Source: Methanotrichaceae archaeon
Lineage (GTDB): Archaea; Halobacteriota; Methanosarcinia; Methanotrichales; Methanotrichaceae
Length of the DNA: 64,000 bases
NCBI GenBank assembly: GCA_963754945.1
Contig: CAVWIG010000015.1
Coordinates: forward strand, 1 to 64,000
Direction of reading: 5' to 3'
A program made the translations under genes and the position numbers. Below, one piece after another: positions 41,695 through 50,916 of the stretch. Position 1 is the stretch's first letter, and each line of letters opens with the position of its first letter. Below the pieces are notes generated by a model. That model did no database searches. It was not told the origin of the DNA and worked only from the letters and a program-made list of their open reading frames with translations.

Positions 41695-42769
41695 ATGCCT
41701 ACCAACCTTCGCATTGCCACATTCAATCTTCTGAACCTCGACGACAAGCTCGGGCGCATGCCCACCCTGGACGAGCGCATCCCCATCATGCGCCCGCAGC
41801 TTGTCAGGCTCAACGCCGACATCCTTTGCTTCCAGGAAGTGTGCGGCCAGGATGAGCATGGCAAGACCCGCCTGTCTGCCTTGAACAAGCTCCTGCAGTC
41901 CACTCCCTACGAAGGCTACCACAGGTTTTCCACCACATTTGAGGGAACCAACCGGGTCTACGAGAGCCGAAACCTTGTGATCCTGAGCCGCTATGAGATC
42001 GTCGAAAGCCATCAGTACATGCACACTTATGCGCCATCCCCTCGATACCAGAAGGTGACTGCCCAGCCGGAGGAGACCGAAGCAAAGGAGGTATCCTGGG
42101 AGCGGCCCATCCTCCACGTCAAGGTAAAGGTGGAGAACAACATGGTCCTGGACGTGATCAACCTCCACCTGAAGTCCCGGCGGCCCACCAGCATACCCGG
42201 TCACAAGCTTGATGACTACACCTGGAAGACGGCCTCCGGCTGGGCTGAGGGCGTCTTCATCTCCAGCATGAAGCGCATCGGTCAGGCCCTGGAGACAAGG
42301 ATGCTCATCGACAAGCTCTTCGACGTAGAGCCTTCAGCCTTGATCGTTGTGTGCGGCGACTTCAACGAGGAGTTCGACGAGGTTGCCATCGAGGCTATCA
42401 GGGGCGACGTTGAGAACACCGGAAACATGGACTTAGCCATGACGGGTTATGGTGCCAACGGAGCGCAACATCCCTGAGCCTGCCAGGTACTCGTTCCTGC
42501 ACAACGGCAAGGGCAAGATGCTTGACCACATTCTGGTCTCGCGGACCCTGCTTGCATACTTCCGTGGCTCGGAGGTACACAATGAACTTTTGCACGACGA
42601 GTCGATAGTCTTCACTCCAAGGATATTCTATCCTGAGTCGGACCACGCCCCGGTGGTGGCGGAGTTCGAGCTGCCAGATTCAAGGATAAAATGGGCCATC
42701 GGATCGCGGCCAAGGGTGTTGAAGGATTCAAAGGAGAGAACGCGGGAAGAGTGCAGCTATAAGCCTTGA
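41695..42769 (+). pseudogene. endonuclease/exonuclease/phosphatase (EEP) family protein, single frameshift near 42442
   Basis: ATFNLLN, DILCFQEV, HLKS, CGDFN; second frame LDHILVS...SDHAPVVAEF. Confidence 0.87.
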
Positions 42770-43003
42770 GATGCTGTTCAATTCGATTGATTCTCTCATT
42801 TTGGAATGACGCATTTCTTCAGAAGCTGCCCCAATTCTGTCTGCCAGAGCGTCATCCTGACCAATCTCATCCAGGATCTCTGAAAGTTTCCGTTTGGCTG
42901 GGAAGTTCTGCATAATAACCTCCGAAAAGCTCTGATTCTCACCTTTTCGACTATTCAGCCTGTTATAAGCCTCTTCTGTTATGGTTATTGTCTTGGTTGA
43001 CAT
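42728..43003 (-). CDS. VapB-like antitoxin (DUF217 type), no cognate toxin seen
   Basis: MSTKTITITEEAYNRL.SRK.ENQSFSEVI. Confidence 0.8.
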   Translation of the reverse strand: MSTKTITITEEAYNRLNSRKGENQSFSEVIMQNFPAKRKLSEILDEIGQDDALADRIGAASEEMRHSKMRESIELNSISRLIAALFPRSLL

Positions 43004-43269
43004 GCTTGAACATACGTGTAGGTGCTTGAATTCATTTAGATCTTCAGGCACCATGTCCGTAATTTCGATTCAGGCCGAGCCAGTTTAATTACTGTTCTGT
43101 TCTTTTTCAACGCTCACAAGCAAGCTGCTTAATGCATTTTTGTCTAACGGACATTGAGGCAGGCTAAGCTGAGTTACAGAGAGCGCGAATAATCACTTAC
43201 AATGTCTTCAATTGAAGTTCCACCATACTATCGAAGGGCTTATAACCGCAGCCTATAATTGTAGAGACT

Positions 43270-43704
43270 ATGGGGATTTGTACAAGGCATGCGATTTTGT
43301 TTCTGGCGGTCATGTTATCCGCCTTCATCTGTCTTCCTCACGCTAAAAGCTGTGGAGGGTCTTGTGCAGTCAGCGGAGGTTCTTCTTACGACTTCATGGG
43401 CGACCCAGCAGTCAACATTGACATGCCCAGCTATGATGAGTTTGCGAGAGACAACCTCGGCAACCATCAAACGACATTACCTGCGAAATCTCTCTCGCGG
43501 GAGATTCTTTCAAATAACAATTCATCCTTTAACCAAACCAACAAAGGCAATGTAAGTCAGAACAGCTCTGCAGTCAGCCGTGTAATCGATAGCCCAGTAA
43601 ACACGACATCCGATAACACGCCGGTTAAATTGGGAGCCTTAGGCATGCAGGACAAGAGACTATCAACTCTGGCTCTTACTACTTTCAATAACAATATGTT
43701 CTAG
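43270..43704 (+). CDS. secreted hypothetical protein
   Basis: Signal-like N-terminus followed by CGGSC. Confidence 0.7.
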   Translation: MGICTRHAILFLAVMLSAFICLPHAKSCGGSCAVSGGSSYDFMGDPAVNIDMPSYDEFARDNLGNHQTTLPAKSLSREILSNNNSSFNQTNKGNVSQNSSAVSRVIDSPVNTTSDNTPVKLGALGMQDKRLSTLALTTFNNNMF

Positions 43705-43793
43705 GCGGAATTCCTGGTGAAGCTGAAGGGTGATTTTAAACCATCCAATCACCTTTAGCGAGATTTTCTTCTATACACTGTAGAAGTCCAATT

Positions 43794-44004
43794 TGCTGGA
43801 CCTCATCCTGGTTTCGCGGACCCTTTTGGCTTACTTCCGGGGTTCGGAGGTACATAATGAACTTTTGCATGAAAAGTCAATAGTCTTCACTCCAAGGATA
43901 TTCTATTCCCGAGTCCGACCACGCACTGGTGGTGGCTGAGTTCGAGCTGCCAGAGTCAAGAATAAATGGGCCATAGGATCGCGGCTGCAGGTGCTGAAGG
44001 ATTC
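43794..44004 (+). repeat. degenerate copy 2 of the EEP gene 3' end
   Basis: Aligns with about 42519-42729 (GTCTTCACTCCAAGGATATTCTAT etc.). Confidence 0.9.
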
Positions 44005-44106
44005 GAACTATGCAGAAGACCTTCAATCGAGCCATGCATAGGCATCCTTACCTGGATTTTATCAAACTTCAGAGTGCCTGCCTTAAAATCGATTTAATGG
44101 GCTGGA

Positions 44107-44441
44107 CTAAAGCTTCAAACAAACATCCAGGGCCTTGTTAACTTCGGCCCTCAAGGATTTATCGGCTGTCCCAAGCAGACCCACTATAAAATGAGTCTTT
44201 ATTGTTGCTATTTTATTTAACTTTATGACCGAATTCCACTTAAGGCCAGACTCATCAAAAGGAGATGTACCTCTCGTTATAAGACATCACTAGGAGCGGG
44301 GATTACGGGAACCCTCGATGAAATGTAGGCGATTGTTGTCTCATTTTCTATGCTATCTTCATAGAGAATCAACGCTGGCCTCCGCTTCACTGTGCTGAGG
44401 TCGGAATTTGGAAAAGGAACGAGTACGATATCTCCCTTCAT
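44107..44441 (-). pseudogene. PemK/MazF-family toxin, frameshifted near 44282 (absent from the ORF track)
   Basis: MKGDIVLVPFPNSDLSTVKRRPALIL...; other frame ITRGTSPFDESGLKWNSVIKLNKIATI... Confidence 0.82.
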
Positions 44442-44620
44442 CGGTATCGGACTTTCAGATCATCGTCCTTATAAATATCGGGTTCACTCGCTAAAAAGTC
44501 GTGTAGTGATATCTCCGAGATCTTCATGAGTGCATCGGTAATCTTCCTTTCGTCTCCTGGCTCTTCCAGGTCGTAAGGGAGATCATCCGGCGCAGTCCTG
44601 CTCTCTAGACTCTCACACAT
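44438..44620 (-). CDS. putative antitoxin of the PemK/MazF pair
   Basis: Acidic 60 aa ending SEISLHDFLASEPDIYKDDDLKVRYR; ATGA overlap with the toxin. Confidence 0.72.
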   Translation of the reverse strand: MCESLESRTAPDDLPYDLEEPGDERKITDALMKISEISLHDFLASEPDIYKDDDLKVRYR

Positions 44621-44690
44621 AGATATTACCTTCAGGTTCTTGCTATTTAAACACTGGGAAAAGACCAAATGAGGCTGATTCGCTACCACG

Positions 44691-44951
44691 TGAGGAACAC
44701 GGAAACATGGACTTGGCCACGCGGGTAATGTACCAACGGAGCGCAACATCCCCGAGCCTGCCAGGTATTTGTTCCTGCACAGCGGTAAGGGGAAGATGCT
44801 GGACCACATACTGGTCTCCCGTTACCTTGCTGGCCTACTTCAGGGGGCTCGGATGTCATAAGGAGCTGCTTCACGACGAGTCGATAGTCTTCACTCCAAA
44901 GGATATTCTATCCCGAGTCCGACCACGCCCCAGTGTTGCGGAATTCGAGCT
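44691..44951 (+). repeat. degenerate copy 3 of the EEP gene 3' end
   Basis: Aligns with about 42411-42672 (GGAAACATGGACTT...CCAACGGAGCGCAACATCCC...GACCACGCCCC). Confidence 0.9.
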
Positions 44952-44963
44952 AACCTGCATGGA

Positions 44964-45221
44964 TTACCACCAATCCATCTTAAAGAATGCATAAACGCCT
45001 AGAACCATGAGGAAACATATTAGGAAAATAACATCTGATATGTTTAATGGAAAACCATCGCCTTGTTTCGAAAGGGCCGAGAGATTGACACCAAGTATTC
45101 CTCCAATTACTGCCGGAATGATAGCAAGACATGTAATGGCGGCGATTTTTTTCATGATTCTGTTCGTGTCATAGGAAACATTATTTGTATGCAATTCTAT
45201 TAAGGATGCGAGGTCTTCCTT
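44964..45221 (-). pseudogene. C-terminal (TM, GVN motif) fragment of the CorA-family fusion gene
   Basis: KEDLASLIELHTNNVSYDTNRIMKKIAAITCLAIIPAVIGGILGVNL. Confidence 0.85.
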
Positions 45222-46492
45222 GGCAGTGTAACGATTTTTCTGTACTTTGATAATAAGAATGATTATCGGCCCTGTATCCTATCCAATCTTGAGAAAAGGA
45301 GGACACAGGACCATGATACCCATAGCACTCTTGGAAGATTACCTTATCGATCAGGAAGATGGACTAAAGAAGCTTCTGACCTGGTTCTTGAACCTTGTAA
45401 TGCAGCTAGAAGCGGCGCAACAGGCAGATGCAGAACCGTATCAGAGAGTCGAATCCCGAAAGGCACATAGGAATGGCTACAAGGAAAGATCTCTGAAGAC
45501 GCGAGTTGGAGAGCTCCGACTCAAGAAACCTCAATTCCGTGAAATTTCCTTCGAAACCAAGGTGTTCGACAGATTTTCGCGCGTAGAGAAGGCTTTGGTC
45601 AACGCTGTACTCGAATCGTATCTCCAGGGGGTTTCAACCAGGAGAATCCAAGATATTGTCTCTCGATTTGGCATCGAGAATTTATCTGCCTCTAGCGTTT
45701 CCAGGATATCCAAAGAGCTTGACGAGAAGGTAGAAGAATTCCTGAAGAAACCTATCGAACGTCCTATTCCTTATCTTTATGTAGATGCAAGCTACTTCAA
45801 AGTAAGAACAGAATCAAGATATGTTACCAAAGCTTTCATGATCGTCACAGGTGTTAGAGATGACGGTTATCGCGAGATACTTGGCGCAAGAATAGCTGAC
45901 AGTGAAGATGAACTCTTCTGGTCGGGATTATTTCAAGATCTGGCGGATCGTGGGTTGTCCGGAGTAAAGCTCGTGATATCAGATGGTCATAAGGGAATCC
46001 AGAAAGCGGTTGAGAAATCATTTCTTGGTGCTTCATGGCAAATGTGTCACGTTCACTTTTCAAGAGCGGTCTTGAGAAACGTTGCCAAGAAGTATCATAA
46101 GGAGATCGCCGATAAGATCAAGATCGCTCTGGAAGACGAAATCAAGATACAGGACTTAGCGAAAGAATTGAGGGAAAGAGGTTATGCGAAATCTGCTGAC
46201 ACTATCGACCGCTTCAGATTCAGTCTGTGGAATTACAGGGCATTCCCCAGAGGTCACTGGAGAAGGATTCGGACTACAAACGGGCTGGAGAGGATCAACA
46301 AGGAGCTGAAAAGAAGATCCAGGGTAGTCGGTGCCTTCCCAAGTGAGAGCTCGTTCATGAGGTTAGGGGTTTCGATCCTCATCGATATCAACGAAGAATG
46401 GCTGACCGCTAAAAAGTATTTATCTATGGATGCTGATTGAGTATGTTGGGATACAGGGCAACTCCAAATTACAGAAATCTCGGCACACTACC
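45222..46492 (+). mobile_element. IS256-family element, copy 2
   Basis: Same as copy 1; flanks TCTTCCTT and CTGAGTTC. Confidence 0.94.
45247..46440 (+). CDS. IS256-family transposase
   Basis: Protein identical to 17626-18819. Confidence 0.94.
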   Translation: MIIRMIIGPVSYPILRKGGHRTMIPIALLEDYLIDQEDGLKKLLTWFLNLVMQLEAAQQADAEPYQRVESRKAHRNGYKERSLKTRVGELRLKKPQFREISFETKVFDRFSRVEKALVNAVLESYLQGVSTRRIQDIVSRFGIENLSASSVSRISKELDEKVEEFLKKPIERPIPYLYVDASYFKVRTESRYVTKAFMIVTGVRDDGYREILGARIADSEDELFWSGLFQDLADRGLSGVKLVISDGHKGIQKAVEKSFLGASWQMCHVHFSRAVLRNVAKKYHKEIADKIKIALEDEIKIQDLAKELRERGYAKSADTIDRFRFSLWNYRAFPRGHWRRIRTTNGLERINKELKRRSRVVGAFPSESSFMRLGVSILIDINEEWLTAKKYLSMDAD

Positions 46493-47589
46493 CTGAGTTC
46501 AGCGCAAATAAGATATTCAGTGACGACTTGATGATTGCTCTTGCAGCAATTCTAGCCTTCGTCGTGATTCTTCCGTCACAGCATTTTCTTACATTCTCTC
46601 CGGCAATGGAAGCAATCTTTGAAAGTCTTTACTACCCAATCATTGCTGCATTTGTTGCAGAATACGTTTCGAAGTTTTATATAGCCGAATCGAAGAGGAC
46701 TTTCATCACAAATCCTTGGAAGATCCTTGATCTTCTCATTATCATTCTTGCATTATCCGATTTCTTGAATTCGATTCCAACCATCCCTTATTTGTCGGAT
46801 TATCAAATTGATTCGCCTATGTTGCGATTGTTACGGGTACCTCGTCCCCTTTTCGGACTCATTTCTGCAACTATCGCATCTACACGCAACAAAAAGCCTC
46901 CTGATACAATTGAGCCGCCAGCATCTAAGCTACAGATCTCAACGCTCGAAATTGACAAACAAGGCAAAAAGGTTGTCAGAAGGTGCTCAATGGGAGAGTC
47001 GTGTTGCATGTTTGCGAGAGAAGAACATCCGCGTTGGTTTGACCTCCATCTCAATACTGAAATGGAACCCGACAAAACAAAGGCAAAAATTGTCAGAAAG
47101 TGTTCTGTAGAAGAGTCGTGCTATCCTATAACGAGTGATGGACAACCACGTTGGATTGATCTTCAACTTATTACCGAAATAGATCTCGATCGTATCGCAA
47201 GCTAATAACTATTTCTCGCGAAGACATCGACAAAAAGCTGGTTAAAAGGTCAATTCCAAGGATAGACCATATTGATGGTATCTCAACTCCAACAATATTC
47301 TTATCGGATCTCCAATTCAATCCACCTGATCATAAGTTTAATTCAAATGAACCTAATGATTCGGACCTCAATATTACTATAAACAATATGCTGATAGTTT
47401 GCAAAAATAACAACATAATCACTTTAAGTAAACTAAGAAGCAAACTATTTGACGAAATATGCAAGCCACCTGAATCTAACCTGTTACCACTAAAAGAGGA
47501 AACCTTCGCGGTTGGTGTTTTGTATTCCATACTAAACCCTCATGATTCGTTGACTCATACATGGAGCATGAGAAACCTGATTGCCTCAT

Positions 47590-47760
47590 CTAACCTTAAT
47601 ATGGTTGATATGGGCAGTGAAGGCTGTTTTATTTTTGGGACCACGATCCTGTAATCTAAACTAGCCATCAAACCGCTCGCATACATGGATGCGTCTTTGA
47701 ACGCGTATGGGAAAATGTCCCTACGAGGGTTTAAGGATCTGCCCATATCAGGCCAGGTTA
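47590..47760 (+). ncRNA. putative IS110 bridge RNA
   Basis: 12-bp stem 47606-17/47739-50 encloses ATGGGAAA and GAGGGTTT, which match the element's predicted circle junction. Confidence 0.6.
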
Positions 47761-47764
47761 AAAT

Positions 47765-49012
47765 ATGGAGCAGCAAAGGAATAAAGTTTGCGGAGTTGAC
47801 ATCCACAAGAGATTTCTTGTTGCCACAATCCTCACACGAGACGGAACCAAACTGCAGAAGCGGTTTGAGACTAACATCGATGATCTATTGAATTTCAGAG
47901 ATTGGGTCATCAGGGAAAATTGTGATTGTGTGGCTATTGAGTCGACTGGAGTCTATTGGTATCCAGTTCATGCCGTTCTAGAAAATAAGGTCGAGCTGAT
48001 ATTGGCTAATGCACATCAGATCAAACATACTCCCGGCAGAAAGACGGATGCTTTAGATTCAGAATGGATCGCAGAGGTTGCTCTCAACAATCAGATTGAT
48101 CCATCGAGGATATTACCGAAAGAAGATCGAGAGCTTAGAAGATTGACACGAACAAGAGAAAGTCTAGTCAAAATCAGATCTCAGATGAAGAACCAAGTTC
48201 ACCAAGGACTGGAATCATGTAGCATAAAGCTCTCTTCCGTTCTATCGGACAGCTTTGGCAAATCAGGGAGATATATCCTGGACAGCTTGATCAAGGGAAA
48301 GAACATCGATGAGGTTATTGCTGGAATTCCTTCGAAGAGGGTCAGAAATAATGGTGATCAGATACGAGCGGCAATTAAAACCGGTCTAGACCAAATCCAA
48401 GTATTTCTTATCCAATCTCATCTGGACACCATTGACTGCTTAACGCAAAAGCTCGATGATATCGATCTTGAGATAAAGCAAAGGGTCTCCGGAAGAACAG
48501 AAGATTTGAAGATCGCCATGTCTGTACCAGGTATAGGATTCACAGCGGCTACAACTATTCTAGCAGAGATAGGGAATTACAGGGACTTCAGTACTCCCGA
48601 TAAACTTGCTGCTTGGTGTGGATTAGTCCCCAGTGTGTACCAATCGGCAGACAAGCTCATTACAGGTAGCATTACGAAACAAGGTTCAAAGCACATCCGT
48701 TGGATACTCGTCCAGGTTGCTCAAGCCGCAGCCAAAAAGAAAGGGTCGAAGCTTAGGAAGTTCTTTCTCAGGGTTAAGGCCAGAAAAGGGCATAACGTGG
48801 CGATCGTGGCTTTAGCCAGAAAGATCCTCTGCATTTTGTATCATCTTCTAATGAACCAGGAAATTTATCAAGAAGATGGGGCGGAGAAATCAAGAACATC
48901 TAGGATCGATTGGTCTTCCTCGACAACTGGTAAGATGAGTCTCCAAACCATGATTGAGATCATTGCCAAAGCAGGTTATGAGGTGAAGAAAATTGAACGA
49001 GATGGGGTTTAG
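47765..49012 (+). CDS. IS110-family DEDD recombinase/transposase
   Basis: GVDIHK, IESTGVYW, KTDALDSEWIA, SVPGIG, GLVPSVYQSA and VALARK motifs. Confidence 0.95.
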   Translation: MEQQRNKVCGVDIHKRFLVATILTRDGTKLQKRFETNIDDLLNFRDWVIRENCDCVAIESTGVYWYPVHAVLENKVELILANAHQIKHTPGRKTDALDSEWIAEVALNNQIDPSRILPKEDRELRRLTRTRESLVKIRSQMKNQVHQGLESCSIKLSSVLSDSFGKSGRYILDSLIKGKNIDEVIAGIPSKRVRNNGDQIRAAIKTGLDQIQVFLIQSHLDTIDCLTQKLDDIDLEIKQRVSGRTEDLKIAMSVPGIGFTAATTILAEIGNYRDFSTPDKLAAWCGLVPSVYQSADKLITGSITKQGSKHIRWILVQVAQAAAKKKGSKLRKFFLRVKARKGHNVAIVALARKILCILYHLLMNQEIYQEDGAEKSRTSRIDWSSSTTGKMSLQTMIEIIAKAGYEVKKIERDGV

Positions 49013-49339
49013 GTCCCCCCTTCTCGGTTTTTGAAGGTTTCTCATGGGAAATCAAAAAATGAGCCACTACTACGAGATCATCCAACTCATAAAAAATGAG
49101 TTTGAGGAAGATAATCTGGAAAAGACATCACCTACCTTCCTTAAAGATGCCTTTCACTTAAAGGAAGAGATTCAAAAGGTTAATAGCAGCCTTTGGCATT
49201 TTCACCAAGTTGTACGTCAAATAAAAGAGCATAAGATCGGAACTACATTTGACTTGAAAATAAAAGACAACAGATATTTTGATGATCTTCATGAAGATTC
49301 AGATTTCATGCTAAAAAGCATTCAAAATATCAAGGAAGA

Positions 49340-50610
49340 GGTAGTGTGCCGAGATTTCTGTAATTTGGAGTTGCCCTGTATCCCAACATACTCAATCAGC
49401 ATCCATAGATAAATACTTTTTAGCGGTCAGCCATTCTTCGTTGATATCGATGAGGATCGAAACCCCTAACCTCATGAACGAGCTCTCACTTGGGAAGGCA
49501 CCGACTACCCTGGATCTTCTTTTCAGCTCCTTGTTGATCCTCTCCAGCCCGTTTGTAGTCCGAATCCTTCTCCAGTGACCTCTGGGGAATGCCCTGTAAT
49601 TCCACAGACTGAATCTGAAGCGGTCGATAGTGTCAGCAGATTTCGCATAACCTCTTTCCCTCAATTCTTTCGCTAAGTCCTGTATCTTGATTTCGTCTTC
49701 CAGAGCGATCTTGATCTTATCGGCGATCTCCTTATGATACTTCTTGGCAACGTTTCTCAAGACCGCTCTTGAAAAGTGAACGTGACACATTTGCCATGAA
49801 GCACCAAGAAATGATTTCTCAACCGCTTTCTGGATTCCCTTATGACCATCTGATATCACGAGCTTTACTCCGGACAACCCACGATCCGCCAGATCTTGAA
49901 ATAATCCCGACCAGAAGAGTTCATCTTCACTGTCAGCTATTCTTGCGCCAAGTATCTCGCGATAACCGTCATCTCTAACACCTGTGACGATCATGAAAGC
50001 TTTGGTAACATATCTTGATTCTGTTCTTACTTTGAAGTAGCTTGCATCTACATAAAGATAAGGAATAGGACGTTCGATAGGTTTCTTCAGGAATTCTTCT
50101 ACCTTCTCGTCAAGCTCTTTGGATATCCTGGAAACGCTAGAGGCAGATAAATTCTCGATGCCAAATCGAGAGACAATATCTTGGATTCTCCTGGTTGAAA
50201 CCCCCTGGAGATACGATTCGAGTACAGCGTTGACCAAAGCCTTCTCTACGCGCGAAAATCTGTCGAACACCTTGGTTTCGAAGGAAATTTCACGGAATTG
50301 AGGTTTCTTGAGTCGGAGCTCTCCAACTCGCGTCTTCAGAGATCTTTCCTTGTAGCCATTCCTATGTGCCTTTCGGGATTCGACTCTCTGATACGGTTCT
50401 GCATCTGCCTGTTGCGCCGCTTCTAGCTGCATTACAAGGTTCAAGAACCAGGTCAGAAGCTTCTTTAGTCCATCTTCCTGATCGATAAGGTAATCTTCCA
50501 AGAGTGCTATGGGTATCATGGTCCTGTGTCCTCCTTTTCTCAAGATTGGATAGGATACAGGGCCGATAATCATTCTTATTATCAAAGTACAGAAAAATCG
50601 TTACACTGCC
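49340..50610 (-). mobile_element. IS256-family element, copy 3 (inverted)
   Basis: Reverse complement of copy 2; flanks AAGGAAGA and GAACTCAG. Confidence 0.94.
49392..50585 (-). CDS. IS256-family transposase
   Basis: Protein identical to the other copies. Confidence 0.94.
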   Translation of the reverse strand: MIIRMIIGPVSYPILRKGGHRTMIPIALLEDYLIDQEDGLKKLLTWFLNLVMQLEAAQQADAEPYQRVESRKAHRNGYKERSLKTRVGELRLKKPQFREISFETKVFDRFSRVEKALVNAVLESYLQGVSTRRIQDIVSRFGIENLSASSVSRISKELDEKVEEFLKKPIERPIPYLYVDASYFKVRTESRYVTKAFMIVTGVRDDGYREILGARIADSEDELFWSGLFQDLADRGLSGVKLVISDGHKGIQKAVEKSFLGASWQMCHVHFSRAVLRNVAKKYHKEIADKIKIALEDEIKIQDLAKELRERGYAKSADTIDRFRFSLWNYRAFPRGHWRRIRTTNGLERINKELKRRSRVVGAFPSESSFMRLGVSILIDINEEWLTAKKYLSMDAD

Positions 50611-50709
50611 GAACTCAGCTACTTCATGCAGTTTTTTTTCGATAACCTTACATGCTTTATGTAGCCTTATTTTCCAGGATTCACCTTGCTGAACATCGTC
50701 ATCCTCCAT
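50611..50709 (-). pseudogene. N-terminal fragment of the voltage-sensor/CorA fusion gene
   Basis: MEDDDVQQGESWKIRLHKACKVIEKKLHEVAEF continues in frame as AEFSANKIFSDDLMIALA at 46493 (+). Confidence 0.8.
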
Positions 50710-50916
50710 TTTCAATCCCTCTTGAAAGAGCATCGTTAATCTACTATAAAAACATTGCAAGAGATTGATTCTCCATTGACGGCCAATATGCTATATGGGC
50801 TGGTATTTTCAATGGGCAAACAAATGTTATGGTTCTTAACATTCAATCCAAATAGATAGATATAAATTAAAATTAAAATAGAGCGAAAGGCAAGAGCTTT
50901 GCCAACCTCTGCGATT

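Larger units (their letters stand above)
47537..49048 (+). mobile_element. IS110-family element
   Basis: Flanked by AAA on both sides; removal restores YSIL-NQKM; 12-bp subterminal IR CATGAGAAACCT (47567) / AGGTTTCTCATG (49035). Confidence 0.88.
46493..49339 (+). pseudogene. inverted central part of the ion-transport (voltage-sensor)/CorA fusion gene, split by IS110
   Basis: TM helices with FVAEY..KFY, NPWKILDLLII, MLRLLRVPRP; then RWIDLQ...PRID, IITL, LYSIL-NQKMSHYYE helical CorA stalk. Confidence 0.8.

Noticed and set aside
41503-42204. Long antisense ORFs (also 32292-32924, 38414-38989, 59226-59831)
   Set aside because: Shadows of well-supported genes on the opposite strand, with no motifs
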